From positions 856 through 64,855 of the forward strand of contig JAGAUI010000012.1 in assembly GCA_017620815.1 (NCBI GenBank): a stretch of 64,000 bases of DNA. The letters run 5' to 3'. Position 1 is the first letter of the stretch, and each line of letters opens with the position of its first letter. Shown here piece after piece: positions 1 through 8,169 of this stretch. Origin of the DNA: Flavobacteriales bacterium (GTDB taxonomy: Bacteria; Bacteroidota; Bacteroidia; Flavobacteriales; UBA1820). The translations under genes were made by a program, and so were the position numbers. The notes below the pieces were generated by a model, which had not been told where the DNA came from, did no database searches, and saw only the letters and a program-made list of their open reading frames with translations.

Positions 1-99
1 ATGTTCTTTCATACCATTGGCACGCCATAGACTACGGGCACCTGCCATACGTCTTCCAGTAATGGTAACAGCACTTTTAAGCGGATTTTTGTATTCCAT
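1..99 (-). CDS. ilvD: dihydroxy-acid dehydratase, first 33 codons only (gene runs off the left edge)
   Basis: The reverse complement of 1-99 starts with ATG and reads MEYKNPLKSAVTITGRRMAGARSLWRANGMKEH. The T.GR.MAGAR.LWRA.GM block is the conserved IlvD N-terminal signature (compare E. coli IlvD ..THGRNMAGARALWRATGM..). It is too short to appear in the ORF track. Confidence 0.6.
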   Translation of the reverse strand, partial: MEYKNPLKSAVTITGRRMAGARSLWRANGMKEH

Positions 100-120
100 A
101 TCTATATTATTTTATACTTC

Positions 121-155
121 AAAAAGCCTTCCTCACGCGTGAGGAAGGCTTTTTT
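121..155 (-). terminator. intrinsic terminator 20 nt upstream of the ilvD start; proposed attenuator terminator (also lies downstream of dedA)
   Basis: Perfect palindrome aagccttcctcacgcgtgaggaaggctt (124-151) flanked by an A5 run (121-125) and a T run (150-155). On the minus strand the stem is followed by UUUUU. Confidence 0.7.
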
Positions 156-185
156 ATATTACTTCTACATAAAGCGACACATAAG

Positions 186-254
186 CTACCTCACCACTGG
201 CACTACGAGCAGCAGCAGGACAGTAATAAGCAGAGTGTCGATTATTAGGTTCAT
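186..254 (-). CDS. candidate branched-chain amino-acid leader peptide (22 aa, MNLIIDTLLITVLLLLVVPVVR)
   Basis: Minus-strand ATG at 254-252 and TAG at 188-186. 15 of 22 residues are Leu, Ile or Val, including a CTG CTG CTG CTC GTA GTG run. It sits between a TAnnTTTG promoter box and the terminator that precedes ilvD. Confidence 0.5.
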   Translation of the reverse strand: MNLIIDTLLITVLLLLVVPVVR

Positions 255-276
255 TTTTTACATTCTTAATTTCCGA

Positions 277-310
277 GCAAAGATAGCAGTATCTTTTTCA
301 TAAAAGCAAA
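277..310 (-). promoter_or_regulatory. Bacteroides-type promoter for the leader-ilvD transcript
   Basis: On the minus strand, TTTG (310-307), a 22-nt spacer, then TAtcTTTG (284-277). The leader ATG lies 22 nt downstream of the box. Confidence 0.4.
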
Positions 311-369
311 CTTTTGGATTGCTTTTTTTCACTTCATAGGTTATTTTTTTGCAAAATTGAAAAATTACA

Positions 370-1011
370 TCATTTCACTGATGATTTTTCTTTTTTCATG
401 CCTTTGTACACCAGAAAAATAACAATCATTGCAGCCAAAGCCAGAAATACATAACCTATCTCGTGGCTATAACGCTCTACATGTTCCATTAGTTCTTCAC
501 GGGGAACGACACTATGCAGCGAATATCCTATCACCGCAAGTATGGAATTCCATATACCTGCTCCCAGAGTAGTATAAAATATGAATGTCGTGAATTTCAT
601 ACGGGCAAGACCTGCAGGGATGGAGATGAGTTGGCGTACGGCTGGCACAAGCCTACCTATAAACGTAGATATAGCCCCATGACGAGCAAAATACTTTTCG
701 GCAGTATCTACCTTTTTACCGTCTAGAAGGCACATATGTCCTATACGGCTATCGGCAAAACGATACACTAGCGGACGTCCTATCCATCGTGCCAGATAAT
801 AGTTGATGATAGCCCCCATGTCTGCTCCTATAGTAGCAAATAACACTACTAGGTAGATATTAAGCTCTCCAGCTGCTGCCATATATGCAGCAGGTGGAAC
901 TACTACTTCTGATGGGAAAGGTATAAACGAACTCTCTATCATCATAAGAATAGTAACTGTCCAGTAGTTGAGGTTCTCTATGCACCACTGTATAAATCCC
1001 AATGACTCCAT
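370..1011 (-). CDS. DedA/SNARE-associated (VTT domain) family membrane protein
   Basis: 213 aa and multi-pass. It carries the typical DedA blocks E.SFIPFPSEVV.P.AGY and G..STFIGRL.P..R...S.PAG...M. Confidence 0.85.
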   Translation of the reverse strand: MESLGFIQWCIENLNYWTVTILMMIESSFIPFPSEVVVPPAAYMAAAGELNIYLVVLFATIGADMGAIINYYLARWIGRPLVYRFADSRIGHMCLLDGKKVDTAEKYFARHGAISTFIGRLVPAVRQLISIPAGLARMKFTTFIFYTTLGAGIWNSILAVIGYSLHSVVPREELMEHVERYSHEIGYVFLALAAMIVIFLVYKGMKKEKSSVK

Positions 1012-1262
1012 TTTATGTACTTCAATTTTAACGGTTAATGGCTAGGTTTATTATATTATGTGTCTATCACTATGTGATTTACGCGGTGCGAAAGTAGTAA
1101 TTTTTATTCACTATTTCGGTTAAAAATTTGTGGTAATAGCATTGGATATAAAAATTCACGATATATACACAAAAATACGTATCTTTACAGCCATATTCAT
1201 TAACGTGGGGAAAAGTGCCCATATAGTGAGTTATATTACTTATAGAGAGAACATTAGATAGA

Positions 1263-3062
1263 ATGAAAAACATACGCAATTTCTGTATCATCGCTCACAT
1301 AGACCACGGTAAAAGTACTCTGGCAGACCGCCTTTTGGAATACACCAAAACTATTTCAGAACGTGAAAAACAAGAACAGTTGCTAGATGATATGGACCTA
1401 GAACGTGAGCGTGGTATCACCATCAAGAGCCACGCCATACAGATGGAATACATCCATGGTGGAGAAAAGTACATACTCAACCTCATAGATACTCCGGGAC
1501 ACGTGGACTTTTCTTATGAAGTATCACGCAGTATAGCCGCCTGTGAAGGAGCTCTACTGGTGGTAGATGCCGCACAAAGTATTCAAGCCCAGACGATATC
1601 AAACCTCTATCTGGCACTAGAAAATGGACTTACCATCATTCCAGTGCTTAACAAGATAGACCTCCCAAGTGCCAAACCAGAAGAAGTATCAGACGATATA
1701 GTAAACCTCATCGATTGTAACTATGAGGATATTATTCACGCCAGTGGTAAGACAGGACAGGGAGTAGAGGACATACTCAATGCCATAGTAGAACGTGTAC
1801 CTGCACCTGTTGGCGACCCTACTGCTCCGCTGGAAGCACTTGTATTTGATTCTGTGTATAACCCTTTCCGAGGAGTGGAAGCATATTTCAAGGTAGTAAA
1901 CGGAATCATTCGCCGCGGGGAGAAAGTAAAATTCATGGCTACGGGTAAATCCTATAATGCCGATGAAGTAGGCACGCTTAAACTTAAAAAAGCCCCCAAA
2001 GAATTTATCTCCACAGGGGATGTAGGATATGTGATTTCGGGGATAAAGGAAGCGGTAGAAGTAAAGGTAGGTGATACCATCACTACAGTAGAACGTCCCG
2101 CTGCACGTCCCATAGAGGGATTTGAAGAAGTAAAACCAATGGTCTTTGCGGGTATATATCCAGTAGATACAGAAGACTACGAAGACCTGCGTGCCAGCAT
2201 GGAAAAACTCCACTTAAATGATGCCTCGCTTACATTTGAAGGAGAGTCTTCGGCGGCACTGGGATTTGGATTCCGTTGTGGATTTTTGGGCATGTTGCAT
2301 CTAGAGATAATACAGGAACGTCTAGAGAGAGAATTTGGTATGACGGTCATCACCACCGTACCCAACGTTTCTTATAACATCTATCAGACATCAGACAAAA
2401 ACAAGGCTATAAACATACACAACCCTTCACAACTCCCAGACCCTTCCAAACTAGACCGTGTAGAAGAACCATACATACGAGCCTCTATCATTACACAGTC
2501 AGACTTCATAGGCCCTGTGATGGAACTATGTATATCCAAACGCGGTATCCTCAAAAACCAATCATACCTCACACCCACACGTGTAGAGCTTATATTTGAG
2601 ATGCCACTAGCCGAAGTTGTGTTTGATTTCTATGACCGCCTTAAATCCATCTCCAAAGGCTATGCTTCGTTTGACTACAGTCCTATAGGTTTCCGCGATG
2701 CCGACCTTGTAAAGGTAGATATCCTCATAAATGGCGAACCTGTAGATGCTCTATCATCACTCATTCACCGTAGCAATGCCTATGACATAGGACGTAAGAT
2801 AGTAGAAAAATTACGCACTCTTATACCTCGTCAGCAGTTTGATATACCTCTTCAGGCTGCCATAGGAGCCAAAATCATAGCCCGTGAGACCATCAAAGCC
2901 GTACGTAAGGACGTTACCGCCAAATGTTACGGAGGCGACATATCCCGTAAACGTAAACTGCTGGAAAAACAGAAACAAGGTAAAAAACGTATGCGTCAGA
3001 TAGGGCGTGTAGAAGTGCCACAGTCTGCATTCCTTGCAGTGCTTAAACTATCAGACCAATAA
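1263..3062 (+). CDS. lepA: translation elongation factor 4 (LepA/EF4)
   Basis: 599 aa. GTPase motifs [17 protein letters not shown] and NKIDL are present, with the LepA-specific C-terminus ..[23 protein letters not shown].. Confidence 0.97.
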   Translation: MKNIRNFCIIAHIDHGKSTLADRLLEYTKTISEREKQEQLLDDMDLERERGITIKSHAIQMEYIHGGEKYILNLIDTPGHVDFSYEVSRSIAACEGALLVVDAAQSIQAQTISNLYLALENGLTIIPVLNKIDLPSAKPEEVSDDIVNLIDCNYEDIIHASGKTGQGVEDILNAIVERVPAPVGDPTAPLEALVFDSVYNPFRGVEAYFKVVNGIIRRGEKVKFMATGKSYNADEVGTLKLKKAPKEFISTGDVGYVISGIKEAVEVKVGDTITTVERPAARPIEGFEEVKPMVFAGIYPVDTEDYEDLRASMEKLHLNDASLTFEGESSAALGFGFRCGFLGMLHLEIIQERLEREFGMTVITTVPNVSYNIYQTSDKNKAINIHNPSQLPDPSKLDRVEEPYIRASIITQSDFIGPVMELCISKRGILKNQSYLTPTRVELIFEMPLAEVVFDFYDRLKSISKGYASFDYSPIGFRDADLVKVDILINGEPVDALSSLIHRSNAYDIGRKIVEKLRTLIPRQQFDIPLQAAIGAKIIARETIKAVRKDVTAKCYGGDISRKRKLLEKQKQGKKRMRQIGRVEVPQSAFLAVLKLSDQ

Positions 3063-3073
3063 AATATACAGAA

Positions 3074-3883
3074 ATGATACACCTACGCAGTAGAGAAGAA
3101 ATAGAAAAATTACATCGTGCAGCCGATGTAGTAAGCCGCACACTAGGTATGCTTGCCGGCGAAGTAAAACCGGGTGTAAGCACTCGCCATCTAGACCGCC
3201 TAGCCGAAGAATTCATACGCGACAATGGTGCCACCCCATCTTTCAAAGGGCTATATGGATTTCCTGCCGCCTGCTGTATGTCTCCCGGGGCACAGGTGGT
3301 ACACGGTTTCCCTACCGATGAGCCACTTAAAGAGGGCGATATCATAAGCATAGACTGCGGTGCCTGTCTAGATGGATACCATGGCGACCAAGCCTTCACA
3401 TTCCCAGTGGGAGAAATAGACACACGCGTGGCTCGTCTGCTTAAAGTTACTCGTGAGAGTATCTATAAAGGCATAGCCAAAGCTGTGGCAGGAAACCGAA
3501 TAGGAGATATAGGTCATGCCATACAGCGTTATTGTGAGGGTTATGGCTATGGCGTAGTACGAGAGTTATGTGGTCACGGCATAGGTAAAAAAGTCCACGA
3601 AGACCCACAGGTACCCAACTATGGTTCGCCACGCCGTGGAGAACTCATAGAGGAAGGTCTGGTGATAGCCATAGAACCTATGATAAATATGGGAACACAC
3701 CGTGTACGTCAGCTTAAAGACGGTTGGACCATCCTTACCAATGACCTCAAACCATCGGCTCACTATGAACACGATATAGCCGTAGTAGATGGAAAACCTA
3801 TGTTGCTATCTACATACCGTTACATAAATGAGGCTCTAGGCATAGAAACAGACGAAGAAGCTCCATTTGCATATAGATTATAA
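3074..3883 (+). CDS. map: type I methionine aminopeptidase
   Basis: 269 aa. It has the pita-bread metal-ligand blocks D.G...DGYHGD, GHGIG..HE and IEPM. It starts 11 nt after lepA. Confidence 0.95.
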   Translation: MIHLRSREEIEKLHRAADVVSRTLGMLAGEVKPGVSTRHLDRLAEEFIRDNGATPSFKGLYGFPAACCMSPGAQVVHGFPTDEPLKEGDIISIDCGACLDGYHGDQAFTFPVGEIDTRVARLLKVTRESIYKGIAKAVAGNRIGDIGHAIQRYCEGYGYGVVRELCGHGIGKKVHEDPQVPNYGSPRRGELIEEGLVIAIEPMINMGTHRVRQLKDGWTILTNDLKPSAHYEHDIAVVDGKPMLLSTYRYINEALGIETDEEAPFAYRL

Positions 3884-3913
3884 TAACACTACCATAAATA
3901 AACTACATATATC

Positions 3914-5194
3914 ATGTCTGAAATCATAAGCGACAGCTCTATTCTTGAACTCTTACATCGCTATACAGGTATGGCACTAGGCTGTACAGAACCCATAGCA
4001 GCTGCTCTGGCAGTGGTAAAAGCACGTGAGACACTAGGTAAGACTCCAGAAAAAATAAACCTACACGTGAGTGGAAATATCTATAAAAATGGTATGGGTG
4101 TAGGTATTCCTGGCACTAGTGAGAAAGGCATTCGTATAGCTGCTGCTCTGGGTGTGCTTACAGGAGAATCATCACGAGCCCTCGAAGTACTGGAAGGCGT
4201 AACCGATGAAATAGCTGCCCGTGCAGTAGAGATGGTCAAAGAAGGAAAGGTAGATATAGACATAGTCCCAGACGTAGATAAACTATACATAGAAGCCGTA
4301 CTCACAGCAGGAGAAGATACCGCCAGTGCAGTAGTTGAACATTCCCATACCAATATAGTATGTGCCTCTCTTAATGGTCGTGAAGTATATCACGCACCCG
4401 TAGAAAACTGCACTTACACCACTACCGATGACGGCCGTGTAGAAGGTCTTACGGTAGAGAGAATATATCGTTGGGCAAAGGAAGTTAATATAGAAAAGCT
4501 AGATTGCATAGCCCGTGGTGCCGAGGTAAACTGGGCAATAGCCGATGCAGGACTTAAAAAACGCTATGGATACTCTCTTGGTAAGACGCTTTCGGTAAAG
4601 AGTCGCAGCGATGCAGATATCATGCGTAATAGCATGGCTCGCGTGGCAGCAGGTGTAGATGCTCGTATGAGTGGTAGTATGCTCCCCGTTATGACCAATA
4701 GCGGTAGCGGCAACCAAGGCATAACCATCTATGTCCCTGTCATAAACACAGCTGTAAATATGGGAACTTCACAGGAAGAGATGTTGCGTGCTTTGGCATT
4801 TGCCAATATGATACCTATCCATATAAAACAACAGATAGGGCCTCTTTCTGCTCTATGTGGTATAGTGCCAGCATCCATAGGTGCTGCATGTGGTATAGCA
4901 TTTTTAAGAGGAGCTACCCTCCCACAGATAAAAAATGTTATACAGCTCATCATAGCCAATATATCGGGACTGTTCTGTGATGGAGCCAAGGCTTCGTGTA
5001 GTATGAAGGCTTCGGTGGGAATATGTGCCGCATATGAGGCCATATACATAGCGGTAGATGGAGGACTTCAAGCATCTGATGACGGAATACTGGACATAGA
5101 TGTAGAACAGTCCATAGATAACCTATCCCGTATAGCCGTAAGAGCCATGGATAGCACAGACAACGAGATTATAAATATCATGACCTGTAAATAA
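3914..5194 (+). CDS. UPF0597 / L-cysteine desulfidase (CyuA/YhaM-like, serine dehydratase alpha-like) family protein
   Basis: 426 aa. Family-typical blocks are GCTEPIA.A, SGNQG and the Cys cluster LFCDGAKASCSMK. Confidence 0.75.
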   Translation: MSEIISDSSILELLHRYTGMALGCTEPIAAALAVVKARETLGKTPEKINLHVSGNIYKNGMGVGIPGTSEKGIRIAAALGVLTGESSRALEVLEGVTDEIAARAVEMVKEGKVDIDIVPDVDKLYIEAVLTAGEDTASAVVEHSHTNIVCASLNGREVYHAPVENCTYTTTDDGRVEGLTVERIYRWAKEVNIEKLDCIARGAEVNWAIADAGLKKRYGYSLGKTLSVKSRSDADIMRNSMARVAAGVDARMSGSMLPVMTNSGSGNQGITIYVPVINTAVNMGTSQEEMLRALAFANMIPIHIKQQIGPLSALCGIVPASIGAACGIAFLRGATLPQIKNVIQLIIANISGLFCDGAKASCSMKASVGICAAYEAIYIAVDGGLQASDDGILDIDVEQSIDNLSRIAVRAMDSTDNEIINIMTCK

Positions 5195-5205
5195 ACCTCA
5201 TAAAG

Positions 5206-6099
5206 ATGATTCTCACCCGCATACTTCTACTTATAAATCCACATTCGGGGACACACCAGCGTGATGAACTTATAGAAGCCGCCAATGACTGGAAGGAGAA
5301 CACTTCGCTATGTGATATAGAGATAGTAGAGGTTGCCACGATAGAAGATTCTACCGTTGCAGTTAAAAAAGCCATAGAGGAAAAATACTATGCGGTGGTA
5401 GTAATGGGTGGCGATGGAACGGTGAACACCATAGGTTCTATGTTATGTGGTAGCGATACTGCTCTGGGCATAGTGCCTACTGGTAGTGGCAATGGCATAG
5501 CACGGCACATAGGTATGTCTATGAGCATAAAAAAAGCTCTGGAACAGATTATTATGTCCCACATCCACATGGTGGATACTATGAAGATAAATGGTCATTT
5601 CTGTATGGGGGTAGCTGGTACGGGATTTGAAGCGGTGGTAGCAGATAGTTTTGCCCAACGTCAGAAACGTGGGCTTATGACATATTCGGCGGCGGCTATC
5701 ACAGAATTTATGAAATATCATTCTGTCCCATTAGACATAGATATAGACGGGAAAGTAATATCCCGCACACCTTTTACACTCTCTTTTGCCAATTCTTCAC
5801 AATGGGGTAACGACTTTAAGATAGCTCCCCGCGCAGGTATGACCACTGGAACTATAAAGGTCGTGATACTTTCAGACATAGACCAGATAACGGTAATGCC
5901 TTGTGTAGCGGCTTTGCTTTCGGGAAATATACAGACCATGCCCCAATGCGAAACACTGGATGCTACACATATACATATAGAAAAAAAAGGTATGATGTAT
6001 CACATAGATGGCGAATACATGGGAGAATGTGATTCTCTGGACGTACAAGTCATACCTTCCAGCCTCCGCATACTATCTCCTCTTAAGAAACTTAAATAA
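5206..6099 (+). CDS. diacylglycerol kinase-family lipid kinase (YegS/BmrU type)
   Basis: 297 aa. It has LLINP.SG near the N-terminus and the GGDGTVN and P.GSGN catalytic-domain motifs. Confidence 0.85.
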   Translation: MILTRILLLINPHSGTHQRDELIEAANDWKENTSLCDIEIVEVATIEDSTVAVKKAIEEKYYAVVVMGGDGTVNTIGSMLCGSDTALGIVPTGSGNGIARHIGMSMSIKKALEQIIMSHIHMVDTMKINGHFCMGVAGTGFEAVVADSFAQRQKRGLMTYSAAAITEFMKYHSVPLDIDIDGKVISRTPFTLSFANSSQWGNDFKIAPRAGMTTGTIKVVILSDIDQITVMPCVAALLSGNIQTMPQCETLDATHIHIEKKGMMYHIDGEYMGECDSLDVQVIPSSLRILSPLKKLK

Positions 6100-6105
6100 T
6101 AATTT

Positions 6106-8100
6106 ATGAATAATATAAAAAATCACATCCCTGCCTACATTCCATATATGGTAATGTGTATAGCAGTCATTCTGGCATTCTTTCTGGGATATAAATGGGG
6201 TTTTATAGCTCTTTTTGCCGAGAGCTATAATGCTGTAGATGTAGAAGAAATAAAGAAAGGGTGGGAGGTATCTACCAGATTTGATATAAGAGCTTCCATA
6301 ATGGTATGTATGCCTCTGCTACTGCTGGCATTATGTGTACCCAATAGATACTTTAATTCTCTATGGGGAAAAAGACTGAATAAATGGTATTTCACAGCTA
6401 TAGGCTTTATCCTCATACTGCTGGTTATGGTAGATGCAGGTTGTTTCTCTTACACAGGACAGAGGATAAACAGTTCGCTTACAGAATTTGCCAAAAACCC
6501 TCTTATCTCCCTGCAAATGCTGTATGAGACATATCCTATATGGTGGGCAGTAGTAGCTTTGGCAGTAGGCTCATTGGTTTTCAGATGCATAGGCATAATC
6601 ATATATAATATATGTAGTTATAATTCCACCGAAAGACTATGGAAGGCTATTATATATCGTATAGTGGTGATATTACTATGTGCATGGGGTCTATATGGCA
6701 GTGTGAGTCATTATCCTTTGCGATGGAGCGAGGCATATTTCTCACGTGATAAAAACGTACAGGCTCTGTCCATCAATCCTATGCTCAACCTCATAACCAG
6801 TTTTTCATCATCGGCATCTACAAGTGTAGACATGGAAGAATTTAACAAATACCTCCCTGCCATATGCCGACATTTAGGCACTAGCATAGAAAATCCATTT
6901 GAAAGGAAGGTAGAAGGCAACGACACTACCCGCCACAACGTCGTGATAGTATTGCTAGAAAGTTTTGGAGCAGCACCTATGAGTGCGTTTGGTTCTCCAC
7001 TGCCTTCTACACCACATACAGACTCACTGCTTAAAAAATCATTATTCTTCTCACGTGCTTATGTCCCACGATGGGGGACTGCTTATAGCGTATATGGTTC
7101 GGTAACTGGAATACCAGATGTTACAGAAGGAACCACTGCTTCGCGAGTACCTGCAGCCATAGACCAACGCGTGATACTAGATGCAGCCAAAGACTACAGC
7201 AAATACTATATGCTGGGAGGCAGTGCCAACTGGGCAAACATACGTGCCATATTCCAGAGTAACATAGACGATATAAAGATATATGAAGAAGGCTCATACA
7301 CCACCGAAGACCGTGTAGATGTATGGGGTATAGATGACTATGACCTCTTCAAGTATTCATCACAGATATTTGATAGTCTTAATAGAAAGGGAGAAAACTT
7401 CATAGCATATGTCCAGACTTCGTCAAATCACCGTCCTTATACCGTTCCAGACTCTCGCGAAGAATATCGTCCATTGCGTGAAGACGAAGTAGATATGAAG
7501 ACATTGACAGATGCTGGATATCTAGGCCTAGACCAATACAATGCTGTGCGGTATCTGGACTTCAATATAAACCGTTTCATACGTCGTTCACATGAAGAAG
7601 GTTGGGGGGAAAATACTCTTATAGTTTTCTTTGGCGACCACAACATGAGTATGAACCCTCACTCTCACCTTTCTCCAGAATACGAAGCAGACCTTACAGC
7701 ATATCACGTTCCTGTGTTTATCCATGCTCCTTGGGTGGAGGCGGGGCAGATAGATGCTCCTTTTACCATTATGGACGTTATACCCACAGCATTCTCTCTG
7801 GCAGGAATACCATATACCAACTACACTCTAGGACGTGATATGACCGATACGACTTATCATAAAGGTTCACACGCTTTCATCATGCAGCCATACAACGGCA
7901 TAGATGGTCTTACCATAGTGGGCGACAGTGTAGTTTACCGCCGCGATGTAAATGACAATAAAAATCCTCAATCATTGCGTTATGTAATGGGTAGAGAAGC
8001 AGAAAACATTCCAGATGAAATGTGTAGCTATGAGGATTCGCTGGCAGTGGGAATGTATCACGCTGCTCGTTATCTTTATTTCAATAACAAGAAAGAGTAA
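6106..8100 (+). CDS. LTA-synthase / phosphoglycerol-transferase family sulfatase-fold membrane protein
   Basis: 664 aa. An N-terminal polytopic membrane region is followed by an extracytoplasmic alkaline-phosphatase-superfamily domain (VVIVLLESFG..., FFGDHN). Confidence 0.8.
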   Translation: MNNIKNHIPAYIPYMVMCIAVILAFFLGYKWGFIALFAESYNAVDVEEIKKGWEVSTRFDIRASIMVCMPLLLLALCVPNRYFNSLWGKRLNKWYFTAIGFILILLVMVDAGCFSYTGQRINSSLTEFAKNPLISLQMLYETYPIWWAVVALAVGSLVFRCIGIIIYNICSYNSTERLWKAIIYRIVVILLCAWGLYGSVSHYPLRWSEAYFSRDKNVQALSINPMLNLITSFSSSASTSVDMEEFNKYLPAICRHLGTSIENPFERKVEGNDTTRHNVVIVLLESFGAAPMSAFGSPLPSTPHTDSLLKKSLFFSRAYVPRWGTAYSVYGSVTGIPDVTEGTTASRVPAAIDQRVILDAAKDYSKYYMLGGSANWANIRAIFQSNIDDIKIYEEGSYTTEDRVDVWGIDDYDLFKYSSQIFDSLNRKGENFIAYVQTSSNHRPYTVPDSREEYRPLREDEVDMKTLTDAGYLGLDQYNAVRYLDFNINRFIRRSHEEGWGENTLIVFFGDHNMSMNPHSHLSPEYEADLTAYHVPVFIHAPWVEAGQIDAPFTIMDVIPTAFSLAGIPYTNYTLGRDMTDTTYHKGSHAFIMQPYNGIDGLTIVGDSVVYRRDVNDNKNPQSLRYVMGREAENIPDEMCSYEDSLAVGMYHAARYLYFNNKKE

Positions 8101-8121
8101 TCATCCATATCTTTAAAAATC

Positions 8122-8154
8122 AAAAATGCGGCACCCTACGGGTGCCGCATTTTT
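8122..8154. terminator. bidirectional intrinsic terminator between convergent genes
   Basis: aaaaatgcggcaccc-tac-gggtgccgcattttt is a perfect palindrome with A/T runs on both sides. Confidence 0.8.
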
Positions 8155-8169
8155 GATGAGTTCATATAA

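Noticed and set aside
1295-3423. Several minus-strand ORFs (63-174 aa) inside lepA and the start of map
   Set aside because: They are antisense to two highly conserved genes. They are rich in Tyr/Phe/Cys or Ser/Arg, which marks them as frame artefacts.
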